The position numbers were made by a program, and so were the translations under genes. The notes beneath the pieces are model-generated. The model had not been told where the DNA came from and searched no databases. It was given only the letters and a program-made list of their open reading frames with translations. From the NCBI GenBank assembly GCA_043747615.1, contig JAYTOU010000056.1, forward strand, positions 1-64,000: a stretch of 64,000 nucleotides of DNA, read 5' to 3'. This DNA is from Myxococcales bacterium. Its GTDB lineage: Bacteria > Myxococcota_A > Polyangia > Polyangiales > Polyangiaceae. Positions within the stretch are counted from its first letter, which is position 1. Each line of letters opens with the position of its first letter. Of this stretch, positions 55,901-64,000 are shown in pieces.

Positions 55901-57337
55901 CTCGCCGAGATCTCCGAGATCCGATCCGAGGTCGGCGTGCGCACTCGGCAGGAAACGGCCCTGGTCGGCGAGCGCAGGCAGCGACGAGGCGACTGTGGGA
56001 TAAGCGTTCGCCGTAGCGGGTAGCGAGCCGGCCACCTGCGGGTACGCGTTCGCCGTAGCGGGCAGTGAGCCGGCCACCTGCGGGTACGCGTTCGCCGTCG
56101 CCGGCAGTGAGCTCGCGACTTGCGGTAGTGAGCCTGCAAGCTGAGGGTACGCCGCAGCGCCCAGAGAAGGCAGCGCGCTCGCCACCTCCGGAAGACCGCT
56201 CGCAAGCTCGGGCAACCCATCGGACACGGTCGGGAAATCAATCTCACCGAACGGCGAATCGAACCCCGGCGAGGAAATCGGCGTGCGTTTTGCGACCGGC
56301 AGCTCGCCGCCTCGGGCCGGAAGACCGGCGGCGTGCGGAACGGGCAGATCGGCCCCTCGCGGCATCGGAAGATCTGCCCAACGAGCCACGGGAAGATCCG
56401 CGGCGTGCGACGGGAGATCCATCTCGAGCGAGTCTTCCTTGGCAGCTCGGGCGACGGGAAGATCCGCTGCGCTCGACGGCAAATCAATTTCGAAATCGAA
56501 CGAATCGACGGCTCCGAAAGCAGGTACGGGGGCCGCAGCGCGCTGCACGGGCTTCGACTGCGGAAGGTCTACATCGAATCCCTCGACCTTTGCGGGCGGG
56601 GGAGGCGCCTTCGGCCTTGCAGCGGCAGCCACCGGCAGATCCGCTCCGCCCGGCTTTGCGAGGCTGCTCAGAGGAACGTTCGCCGCTGCCACCAGGAGCT
56701 TTGTGGAAGATGCATCTTTTTTCGGCACGACCGGCGCGATGGGTCGAGGTGGCGCGGCGGGTCGGACCGGCGGTGATGCGCCCTTCGCACGGGCGGGCAA
56801 GTCGTTTGCGACCGCGGGACTCGGCAGATCGTCGTTTGGGTCAGACGCCGCAGCGATCGGTGGCGTCACCGGAGCCGCCGGCTTGACCGGCACGGGCGGC
56901 TTCGGCGGCGAAGGAACCGGAGGCTTCACGCGCGCAGTGGGAAGCGCGGGCAAGGCGTCATCGAACTCGAAGGACGCTTCCGGTTTCGACGGAGGCGGGA
57001 CGGGCGCCGCGTTCGGCACCTTCGGTTTGCTCGCCGGCAGGTCGGGCTGCGTTATCGCGGGCGCTGGCTTCGGCGGCACTGCCGGAGGCTTCGCCGCCGC
57101 CGTTCCCACGCCAATCATGGTCTGCTTCATGTTGCGCACCGGACCCGGAGAGCCGGCGGGCGCTGTGGCGACGGGCGCGGCGACCGCACTCTTCACCGAC
57201 AGAGGCGTCCCCGAGTCCGCCTTGACCACGAACGCGTGACCACACTTCGGACAACGCATCTTCAGGCCGGCGGCCGGAATTCGGCGCTCGTCTACCTGGT
57301 ACGGCGATTTGCACTGCTCGCACTCGACCCTAAGCAT
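52970..57337 (-). CDS. Zinc-ribbon (MJ0042-type) / Pro-rich linker / TM / long TPR-array protein
   Basis: CEQC..Y.VDE.RIP..GLKMRCPKC; about 600 aa of low-complexity sequence; TM LVILGMAALVAVGGGLL; many TPR motifs to the C-terminus. Confidence 0.88.
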   Translation of the reverse strand: MLRVECEQCKSPYQVDERRIPAAGLKMRCPKCGHAFVVKADSGTPLSVKSAVAAPVATAPAGSPGPVRNMKQTMIGVGTAAAKPPAVPPKPAPAITQPDLPASKPKVPNAAPVPPPSKPEASFEFDDALPALPTARVKPPVPSPPKPPVPVKPAAPVTPPIAAASDPNDDLPSPAVANDLPARAKGASPPVRPAAPPRPIAPVVPKKDASSTKLLVAAANVPLSSLAKPGGADLPVAAAARPKAPPPPAKVEGFDVDLPQSKPVQRAAAPVPAFGAVDSFDFEIDLPSSAADLPVARAAKEDSLEMDLPSHAADLPVARWADLPMPRGADLPVPHAAGLPARGGELPVAKRTPISSPGFDSPFGEIDFPTVSDGLPELASGLPEVASALPSLGAAAYPQLAGSLPQVASSLPATANAYPQVAGSLPATANAYPQVAGSLPATANAYPTVASSLPALADQGRFLPSAHADLGSDLGDLGEGLGEFGELDLPPPGPPQQPSGRPFQMPGSLPPAASPGTSRPSVSAAFAPVEAADMSDFELPLTDSAPSNARSNRPAAPVERGEKKAAGGMAFGEVDLGGGESESSSGGEATFLTSSPPPAPSATAAPAELSRGDEAALPIAPTTARQRPAAKKRSRARLVILGMAALVAVGGGLLQLTPYGAFGYLAISDSAKAAEYARLTADDSANVRKRLAVDLYGEARAALDSIAASHTQNLRARSLSAVAALMEYEAQLRFGNDVDRGARAKQWLSELPANTEVKYANVAYALQAAASGDLPKARHELDAASKRDLGDPIQQDIAYARGEVELRANDAAAAVVAFNRALQLQPAAARAHHGLARAYLLADDRVNASKEIEATLAASKAHAGARLLRAMIAWEKDKDEKAALTDLALVLEGELKANASPQEQAAAFAERGWIHASRMRPSDARAAFDASLKLDGRNVRALIGQGEVLYSESRFTEALTRFDTAVQADPTSVTAIVSDAKAKLALERLADAKTQLATARTLHPKDARLAYWLGKAEEALGNKPAAEAEYVAAIDLVDPTLPDAVVPYVALSALLASQGRVKDAQAKLEDARAKLPDSPAMQRALAEVAAAQGQFDEATAHYKSALEKEPADLDARFHLGVTFRRMRKMDDASAEFDKVLAVDKDYPGLALERGLLYEESGDVEKALLQFQSALNKAPEDPDLQLRVGAAYAAIDRPGDAIPMLRKVLAKRPTNAEASHYLGRALFLQGGASEVEARRFLKRAVELDPNRAEYHLYMAWAANNMEPADLGTAKEEIEKALALDKLLADGYWQRGVLERKSTQCESAIIDFKRALELRPTRNEAHAGLAECYEDKNDPGNAFVEWSKAVAKDDKQPFWRFRFGRALLERGNAGEAAKHLTFAATEADKALDHGDAKLRWHWEVQFAAAQAFQRSGKSKEAIERYKRFLDLSPSSSPDRRDAISALQQLGAPFTPRL
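55960..56240 (-). repeat. 21/42-bp periodic repeat encoding [L/Y/F]P-x5 heptads
   Basis: 42-bp units start at 56004, 56046 and 56088; protein LPATANA-YPQVAGS-LPATANA-YPQVAGS-LPATANA-YPTVASS. Confidence 0.88.
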
Positions 57338-57385
57338 CGGCTCCCCGAGTAGATGCGGAACGCAGACGGTTGGCCAAGTAGAGCG

Positions 57386-58333
57386 TCACGTCCCGACCCG
57401 GTTCTTGCCCGCTCGCTTTGCTCGGTACAGCGCTTGGTCGGCGGCGCGGAAGACTTCCTCGGCGCGAGAGGCGTCGTCGGGAAGCGTGGCCACGCCGCAG
57501 CTGATTCCGGGTCTCACGAGCTTGCCGTCTTTTTCGAAGACATGAGCATTGATGGCGAGGCGGATGTCGTCGGCGATCTTGACTGCCTCGGCTTTGGTGA
57601 CGCCTGGCAGGGCAGCGGCGAACTCATCTCCCCCGAAGCGCGTCGCGTATCCACGGCTGCCGAGCGTTTCTCCGATCACCCGGCCGGATGCGCCGATCAC
57701 GAAGGCTCCCATGTCGTGGCCGTGCGCGTCGTTGATCCCTTTGACGCCGTCGAGATCCATCGCGATGACACTGACCATCGCCAGACTGCCGGCGTGGACC
57801 GCGGAGGCCGTTGTCGTGAGCTCTGCATCGAAGCGACGCTTCACCCAGAGACCGCTGAGATCGTCCTCGTTGAGGAGGCGATCGACCTCGGCGTTGAAGC
57901 CTTGCCGGATCGCGTCGTGCTCCTGAAATTCTAGGATCGTCTTGCCGATGAAGATGCGGTCGCCGGGCTTCAACTTCGAATCGGTGGATTTTTCCCCATT
58001 GAGGAGCATGCCGTTCGTGCTTCCCAGATCGACGGCGGCCCATTCGCCGCCTCCGCGATCCTCGACCCGCACATGGCGCCAAGAAATGCTCTCGTCGCGA
58101 AGGGGGAAGCTTGCCTGAGGGTCGCGCCCCACTTCCAGCGAGCGATCGAGCATGATCCGCAGCCCGACATCCGGTCCGGCGATCACCAAGATCGTCGGAC
58201 GAGCCTGTTTTTTCAGCTCGGCGTGGAGCGCATCGCGAAAAGTTCCGTCGTCGAGCGGAACGGTGCGCAGCGGTCCACCGCGCCGCGGACCACCGTCACC
58301 TCCGCCAGAAGATTTGCCTTCGGCTCCAGGCAT
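57386..58333 (-). CDS. FHA-domain diguanylate cyclase (start 58333 or 58393)
   Basis: FHA (GRD...SISWRH...DLGSTNG); DDLSGL, DLDGVKGINDAHGHDMG, RFGGDEF, ADQALYRAKRAGKNR. Confidence 0.9.
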   Translation of the reverse strand: MPGAEGKSSGGGDGGPRRGGPLRTVPLDDGTFRDALHAELKKQARPTILVIAGPDVGLRIMLDRSLEVGRDPQASFPLRDESISWRHVRVEDRGGGEWAAVDLGSTNGMLLNGEKSTDSKLKPGDRIFIGKTILEFQEHDAIRQGFNAEVDRLLNEDDLSGLWVKRRFDAELTTTASAVHAGSLAMVSVIAMDLDGVKGINDAHGHDMGAFVIGASGRVIGETLGSRGYATRFGGDEFAAALPGVTKAEAVKIADDIRLAINAHVFEKDGKLVRPGISCGVATLPDDASRAEEVFRAADQALYRAKRAGKNRVGT

Positions 58334-58380
58334 CGTGGGAAGGAGGTTATCACGACCGAGCGTCTCCCTATAAACATCAG

Positions 58381-59310
58381 ATGGTCTCGCCACTCCGCCC
58401 CGTCAACGCTAGCGCTCCAGGGGCGGCCTATGCCTGGATGTCGCTCAGCGCGTGCCTCTTCGCGGGGATGAATTTCTTCGTCCATCTGTCGAGCGTGCAC
58501 GTGGCCTGGACGCTTGTCGGGGCGGTGCGGGCTACGGTCGGCGCGCTCGTCGCCATTGCGGTGGCGCGGTGGCGCTCGGCGTCGTTCATCCCCAAAAACA
58601 CCGTGGCCATGTGGATGCGCAGCCTCTTCGGAACCGGGGCAATGGCTTGTACCTTCTACGCGCTCGGCTCCCCGGTGATGCCGCTCGGAGACGCAGCGAC
58701 GCTCGTCAACTTGAGCCCCGTGTTCTTGGCGCTCCTCGCTCCGTTCGTCCTTCATGAGCACTCCGGTCGCCGCGTTTTTCTCGCGCTCCCGCTGTCGGTC
58801 GGCGGAGTCCTGCTCATCTTGCGCCCTACGCTGCTGTTCGGTGGCGGCGCGGCGAATCCGGCGATGCTCTTTCCAGCGGCGATCGCGCTCCTCGGTGCTC
58901 TCGTGTCTGCGTTCGCGATGATGATGCTTCGTCAGGTCGGAAAGACGGAGGGTCCGGAAGCGATCGCCACTCATTTTTCGGTCGTCGCAGCGACAGCCAT
59001 GCTCCTCGCGTCCATCCCGCGCCTCTCCCTTCCGTCCTTCGTAGACCTCGTGACCATGCTCGCTGCCGGCCTCTGCGCCGGGTTTGCGCAGCTGGCCATG
59101 ACGCGCGCGTATTCGCTCGAGATCGCCGCGCGGGTCAGCCCGTTTGGCTACATTTCGGTGGCGGCCAGCGCTGGGTTGGGAGCGATCGCACTTCACGAGT
59201 GGCCCGATCGTTTGGCGGTCCTAGGGATGCTCCTTGTGGTGAGCGGTGGTCTGGTGGTGACGGTCGCGGGGATGCGCGAAGCCGCGCGAATCGATAAGCT
59301 GAAAGCGTGA
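58381..59310 (+). CDS. DMT/EamA-family transporter
   Basis: About 10 TMs; MPLGDAATL..LSPVF, AQLAMTRAY, VSPFGY. Confidence 0.9.
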   Translation: MVSPLRPVNASAPGAAYAWMSLSACLFAGMNFFVHLSSVHVAWTLVGAVRATVGALVAIAVARWRSASFIPKNTVAMWMRSLFGTGAMACTFYALGSPVMPLGDAATLVNLSPVFLALLAPFVLHEHSGRRVFLALPLSVGGVLLILRPTLLFGGGAANPAMLFPAAIALLGALVSAFAMMMLRQVGKTEGPEAIATHFSVVAATAMLLASIPRLSLPSFVDLVTMLAAGLCAGFAQLAMTRAYSLEIAARVSPFGYISVAASAGLGAIALHEWPDRLAVLGMLLVVSGGLVVTVAGMREAARIDKLKA

Positions 59311-60536
59311 TTGATTTACGCGAACCTTACGCCGTTCAACTTGCGCGCAGAGCGAGTGCTCTCGGCACCCGATGCGTGCACGCCGGAGACTCGCCGGACC
59401 CGTCGACGGGCGCTCTCGAAGCTCCGCTCGTGCTCTCCAGCGCTTTCTGTTTCGACAGCGCGGAGGACGCGGCAGGCGCGTTTCGCGGCGAGAACGACAG
59501 CTATATTTACGGTCGATGGTCGAACCCGACCGTCGCCGCCCTCGAGGCCAAGCTCGCCGCGCTCGAGGACGCAGAAGCGGCGTGCGCCACGGCGAGCGGG
59601 ATGGCGGCCATCAGCGGAGCCATCCTGTCGGTGTGCGAGGCGGGCGCCCATATCGTCGCGCCGCGATCGATGTACGCCGAGAGCGCGCGCCTCTTTCGAG
59701 AACGACTCCCGCGGCTGGGGATCACGACGACCTTCGTCGACGCGTGCGCCGTCGATGCCTACGCCGCTGCGCTCACGCCGAAGACGCGTGTACTCTACAT
59801 TGAAACCCCGTCGAACCCGGTTCTTGCGTTGACCGACATCGCGCGGGTGGTCGAGCTTGCACGCACCCGCGGCATCTTCACGATCGCCGACAACACCTTC
59901 GCCACACCCTTCGCCCAGAACCCGCTCTCGTTCGGCGTCGATCTCGTCGTCCACTCGATGACCAAAGCCCTCGGTGGTCACGGCGATTCCATCGGAGGGG
60001 CGCTCGTGGGCGGCCGCACGGAGGTGGACCGCGCGCGCGATCTCATCGTCAAAGGCTTCGGCGGTGTGCTCGCGCCGTTCAACGCATTTCTCACCTCGCG
60101 CGGCCTGCGCACCTTCGCCCTCCGCCAACGACAGGCCTGTGAGTCGGCCGCGGAGCTTGCAGCGCGGCTGGCCACGCATCCCCGGATCGCTCGGGTCCAT
60201 CACCCGTCGCTGTCCTCGCATCCCCAGCACGAGCTTGCGCTCGGTCAGATGCACTCGTTTGGATCGCTCCTGTCGTTCGAGCTGAAATCCCAGGGAGTCG
60301 ACGCGGTGCTCGCCGGGCGCACTGTTCTCGAGTCCGTGCGTACGATCACCCATGCAGTCAGTCTGGGGGACGTGCGCAGTCTCCTCGTGCACCCCGCATC
60401 TACGACGCACTCGACGATGCCGCGCGAAGCACGCCACCTTGCCGACATCGGCGACGGCCTCCTTCGACTGAGCGTGGGGGTCGAAGGAGTCGAGGATCTT
60501 TGGGCCGACCTCGACAGGGCGCTGGGCGGCGCCTAG
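59307..60536 (+). CDS. Cys/Met metabolism PLP enzyme (methionine gamma-lyase / O-acylhomoserine sulfhydrylase family)
   Basis: YGRWSNPTV, SGMAAI, ETPSNP, DNTFATP, HSMTKALGGH, SLG, LLRLSVGVE. Confidence 0.93.
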   Translation: MIDLREPYAVQLARRASALGTRCVHAGDSPDPSTGALEAPLVLSSAFCFDSAEDAAGAFRGENDSYIYGRWSNPTVAALEAKLAALEDAEAACATASGMAAISGAILSVCEAGAHIVAPRSMYAESARLFRERLPRLGITTTFVDACAVDAYAAALTPKTRVLYIETPSNPVLALTDIARVVELARTRGIFTIADNTFATPFAQNPLSFGVDLVVHSMTKALGGHGDSIGGALVGGRTEVDRARDLIVKGFGGVLAPFNAFLTSRGLRTFALRQRQACESAAELAARLATHPRIARVHHPSLSSHPQHELALGQMHSFGSLLSFELKSQGVDAVLAGRTVLESVRTITHAVSLGDVRSLLVHPASTTHSTMPREARHLADIGDGLLRLSVGVEGVEDLWADLDRALGGA

Positions 60537-60544
60537 AATTTCGC

Positions 60545-62125
60545 ATGATGCGCGGACTTTCTTTGGGCGCGGCTTTCTTTTTTCCTCTCATCCAATTCAG
60601 CGCGTGTGCTCAGTCGACGCACGACACGCCGGGCTACGGCACGCATCCGGACGGCGGTGACGACGACGGCTCGGTGATCAGCGGCGGTCAATGCCCTACG
60701 GACACGCTCCCCACCGACAATGCGTGCGCCATTAACGAAAAGTTCGGGCTCTTCGTTTCTTCGTCCCGCGGCTCCCCTGCGGGCGATGGATCCATGGCCA
60801 GACCTTTCCCCTCCGTCCAGCAGGCGATCGACGCTGCGAAAACATCCAGGCTCCGCGTCTACGCGTGTGCGGAGTCGTTCAAGGAATCGCTTACCCTCGC
60901 GGACGGCGTCTCCCTCTTCGGCTACTTCGACTGCAGCACGCCAAAATGGACGGTGTCGCAAGGGCGCGCACGGATCGATTCGCCCACCAGCCCCGCCGCA
61001 ACGGTAACGGGCGCCGTCTCACCGACACGGATCGAAGCCTTCGAGTTCAACGCTCCTGACGCCACCGCGCCGTCCGCGAGCTCGATCGGATGGATCGCCG
61101 TGAGCTCGCCGGGGGTCTCGATTTACTACGCCCGCATTCACGCGGGCACGGGAAAAAAAGGGGCAGACGGCGTCGACGGCATTCAGCTGACGCAAAACGG
61201 AACGCTCGATGGCACCTCCGGTGTTGTCGTCGGCGAGTGCGGCGGAGGCATTGCTCGGTTTGCGTGCGATGCGCTTCACAGCGGCGGGCTCGGTGGCACG
61301 AGCGTGTGCAACGGCGCCCCCGATCACACGGGCGGCCAGGGCGGCAACGGCGGCTTCGGAGGCCAGTGGGGTCACACCACGGTCCTCGTGCAGATTCAGC
61401 CTGCGACCTTTGGATCACCGCAACCGGGCACGGCGACCACCGCTGTGGGCGCGAACGACGATCACGTTCACTCCGCAGCCCCCGGCGGAAAGGGAGCGGA
61501 CGGCGCCAACGGCGCGAGCTCGGCGGCGCTCGGCGCGTTCAGCGCGCAGGGATACGCTCCGGCAGACGGAGCTGCGGGCGCCGATGGAAAGCCGGGTACT
61601 GCGGGCGGCGGCGGCGCCGGACTCCCTCCCATCATCTCCGACATGACGAGCTCCAGCACGGACTGGTACGGCCCCTCGGGCGCGGGCGGCGGCGCAGGCG
61701 GGTGCCCGGGTCTCGCCGGAACGGCAGGAAAAGGCGGCGGAGCGAGCATCGCGATCGTGGCCATCGACAGCCCGCTCCACATCCACAAGAGCACCATCGA
61801 AGCCTCCCAAGGGGGCGATGGCGGCAAGGGAACCTTCGGCAGCAACCCCACGCGGGCTGGCACCGCGGGCGTCGGGGTCAGCGATCCGAAGTACGGCCCG
61901 AACCCGCTCGGCGGGTACGGCGGCGGAGGCGGATTGTCCGGGCTGAGCGGCCACGGCGCGGGAGGACCATCGATCGCCATCGTCCATCACGGCGGCGCCC
62001 CCGATCTCGACGCCACCGTTCCCACGGTGGGCGCGGGCGGCGCGGCGCAAGTGGCCCTGACGAGCGGCGCAAAAGTGATCGCCGCATCGATCGCCGGGGC
62101 GAGCGCGCCGACCTTCGGATTCTGA
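60545..62125 (+). CDS. Glycine-rich (PGRS-like) lipoprotein, paralog 1
   Basis: Lipobox FSAC; FVSSSRG..GDGSMARPFPSVQQAI (DUF1565-like start); Gly runs including GAGGGAGGCPG. Confidence 0.85.
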   Translation: MMRGLSLGAAFFFPLIQFSACAQSTHDTPGYGTHPDGGDDDGSVISGGQCPTDTLPTDNACAINEKFGLFVSSSRGSPAGDGSMARPFPSVQQAIDAAKTSRLRVYACAESFKESLTLADGVSLFGYFDCSTPKWTVSQGRARIDSPTSPAATVTGAVSPTRIEAFEFNAPDATAPSASSIGWIAVSSPGVSIYYARIHAGTGKKGADGVDGIQLTQNGTLDGTSGVVVGECGGGIARFACDALHSGGLGGTSVCNGAPDHTGGQGGNGGFGGQWGHTTVLVQIQPATFGSPQPGTATTAVGANDDHVHSAAPGGKGADGANGASSAALGAFSAQGYAPADGAAGADGKPGTAGGGGAGLPPIISDMTSSSTDWYGPSGAGGGAGGCPGLAGTAGKGGGASIAIVAIDSPLHIHKSTIEASQGGDGGKGTFGSNPTRAGTAGVGVSDPKYGPNPLGGYGGGGGLSGLSGHGAGGPSIAIVHHGGAPDLDATVPTVGAGGAAQVALTSGAKVIAASIAGASAPTFGF

Positions 62126-62177
62126 CCAAGAACGGTTTTCGCGCAACTTGTGGCGGCGTCCGGTCGACGGAGCCGTC

Positions 62178-63818
62178 ATGCGAAATATTCTCCTTTCGGC
62201 AGTGGTCGGTCTTGCGTTCTTTCATGTCTCTGCCTGCGGCGGGAAACCTTCGGGCGCTTCCGACAAGTCCGGCGGAAACGGCGAGCCCGGCGCGCCGATC
62301 GTTGGCGGTGCCATGCCGGACGCAGGCAGCGTTCCGAGCGGCTCCGACGCCAGCTCCGACGCTGGATCGATCGCGCATGATGCGGGCCTTCCAGGCTGCG
62401 CAGCCTCACTCCTTCCCACGGAAGACGCGTGCGCGATCGACGAAGCCTTTGCGGTCTTCGTCTCCGCGTCGCACGGGGCTCCCTCCGGGAACGGCACGCG
62501 CGCCACGCCTTTCGCATCCGTGCAGAGTGCAATCAATGCCGCAAAGACCGCGAACAAGCGGGTCTACGCGTGCGCCGAGCCGTACGCCGAGACGCTGACG
62601 TTCGCGAACGGCGTTTCGATCTTCGGCTACTTCGACTGCACGGGAGGCACGTGGACGACCTCCGCTAGTCGCGCCCGCATCAACGCGCCGACGAGCCCCG
62701 CGGCGCGCGCCACGAGCATCGTGACCGCGACCCGCATCGAAGGTCTCGAGATCGTCGCGCCCGACGCCGCGGCAATTTCAGGCAGCTCGATCGCCCTCAT
62801 CGCCACGGGCTCCCCCGGCCTCTCCTTCTTCCATTCGCGCCTCCACGCGGGCGCCGGAAAAGATGGAATCGGTGGCACCGAGAGCGTTCGACTCCTTCAG
62901 ACCGGCACCCTCAATGGCGCAGCGAACACCAGTGTGAGCGAATGCGGAGGCAGCGTCTTTGCCTGTGACGTCGCCCATCTAGGCGCTTCGGGGGGCACGA
63001 GCATCTGCACGGGCGCACCTGGCCACAACGGCGGACAGGGCGGCGACGGTGGCTTCGGCGGTCGCTGGCAGAACGGACCCGCTGGCCAGATCGAACCGGC
63101 CACATTCGGATCTCCGCAACCCGGCACGGCGACGACCGCCGTCGGCGCGAACTTCGATGGCGTCCACTCCGCCGCTCCCGGCGGAGTCGGCGCAGACGGG
63201 GCGAACGGCGTGAGCGCAACGGCGATGGGCGTGTTCTCGGCTACCGGCTACGTTCCCGCAGACGGCATCCCCGGCGTAGATGGCTCCCCTGGGGCGGCAG
63301 GCGGCGGCGGCGCCGGGCATCACCCGCTCGGAATTCTCCCGAACGACAACCCGGACTGGTACGGCGTCTCGGGCGCCGGAGGCGGCGCAGGTGGTTGCCC
63401 CGGCCTCGCTGGAACGGCCGGAAAAGGCGGCGGAGCGAGCATCGCCATCCTGGCGATCGACAGTCCCATCCACGTTCAAAGCTCCATCATCGAGACCTCC
63501 CGCGGCGGCGGCGCCGGCTGGGGCACCTTCGGGAGCGCGCCCACGCCCGGTGGCCGCGCAGGCGACGACGTCGCAGGTCCTTCGTACGGTCCGAATCCGC
63601 TCGGTGGCAACGGCGGAGGCGGTGGACATTCGGGCGTGAGCGGGAGCGGTGCAGGTGGTCCGTCGATCGGCATTGCTTCCCACGGGGCAGCTCCGAGCAT
63701 CGACGCAGCGCCCGTCGTTGGCCAAGGCGGAGCTGGTGCCGCAGCCGATACGGACCCGGCCGGCAAGACCGTCGGCGCGTCCGCCTCAGGGCTGAGCGCC
63801 GCGACGTACGCGTTCTAA
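62178..63818 (+). CDS. Glycine-rich (PGRS-like) lipoprotein, paralog 2
   Basis: Lipobox VSAC; collinear with paralog 1 (RVYACAE, FGYFDC, TFGSPQPGTATTAVGAN, GGCPGLAGTAGKGGGASIAI). Confidence 0.85.
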   Translation: MRNILLSAVVGLAFFHVSACGGKPSGASDKSGGNGEPGAPIVGGAMPDAGSVPSGSDASSDAGSIAHDAGLPGCAASLLPTEDACAIDEAFAVFVSASHGAPSGNGTRATPFASVQSAINAAKTANKRVYACAEPYAETLTFANGVSIFGYFDCTGGTWTTSASRARINAPTSPAARATSIVTATRIEGLEIVAPDAAAISGSSIALIATGSPGLSFFHSRLHAGAGKDGIGGTESVRLLQTGTLNGAANTSVSECGGSVFACDVAHLGASGGTSICTGAPGHNGGQGGDGGFGGRWQNGPAGQIEPATFGSPQPGTATTAVGANFDGVHSAAPGGVGADGANGVSATAMGVFSATGYVPADGIPGVDGSPGAAGGGGAGHHPLGILPNDNPDWYGVSGAGGGAGGCPGLAGTAGKGGGASIAILAIDSPIHVQSSIIETSRGGGAGWGTFGSAPTPGGRAGDDVAGPSYGPNPLGGNGGGGGHSGVSGSGAGGPSIGIASHGAAPSIDAAPVVGQGGAGAAADTDPAGKTVGASASGLSAATYAF

Positions 63819-63858
63819 GCCTGTTTTTCACCGCTGCCCGTGCTACCCAAGGGGTTGA

Positions 63859-64000
63859 ATGGACCGGCTCGTCGTCGTCGGAGCTCGGCAGCACAATCTG
63901 AAGAACGTCTCGGTATCGCTGCCGCGCGGGAAGCTCGTCGTCTTCACGGGGCCAAGCGGGTCGGGAAAATCTTCGCTCGCTTTCGACACGATCTACGCCG
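63859..64000 (+). CDS. uvrA: Excinuclease ABC subunit A, 5' part
   Basis: [47 protein letters not shown]. Confidence 0.93.
   Translation, partial: MDRLVVVGARQHNLKNVSVSLPRGKLVVFTGPSGSGKSSLAFDTIYA

Noticed and set aside
63819..63858. LexA box upstream of uvrA
   Set aside because: No convincing match to the E. coli or Myxococcus LexA consensus.

Overview
GC-rich chromosomal window from a myxobacterium (Myxococcota, probably Polyangiaceae-like; inferred from a MYXO-CTERM protein, a Hanks-type kinase, and TSP3/OmpA, zinc-ribbon-TPR and Gly-rich lipoprotein genes). The core is a division/cell-wall (dcw) operon on the minus strand (mraZ-rsmH-ftsL-ftsI-murE-murF-mraY-murD-ftsW-murG-murC-ftsQ-ftsA-ftsZ, 29044-45983) that lacks murB and ddl; a sigma70 promoter and MraZ operator are visible upstream. 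Other housekeeping genes are holA, ribA, xseB, slyD, rsmA and the start of uvrA. There is also an HtrA/ECF sigma/anti-sigma envelope-stress cluster and many myxobacterial envelope genes. The most interesting observations are: a Ser/Thr kinase next to a TPR-bearing TonB-dependent receptor (possible kinase-based trans-envelope signalling); a tandem Ddl-like ATP-grasp protein whose first domain lacks catalytic residues; a lysyl-oxidase-family lipoprotein with intact Cu/LTQ residues; a swivel-first LeuD-LeuC fusion; an 18-bp VNTR inside slyD; two paralogous polyglycine lipoproteins; and three intergenic gene remnants. I saw no rRNA, tRNA, CRISPR array or mobile element. All calls come from motifs read by eye; no database searches were run.
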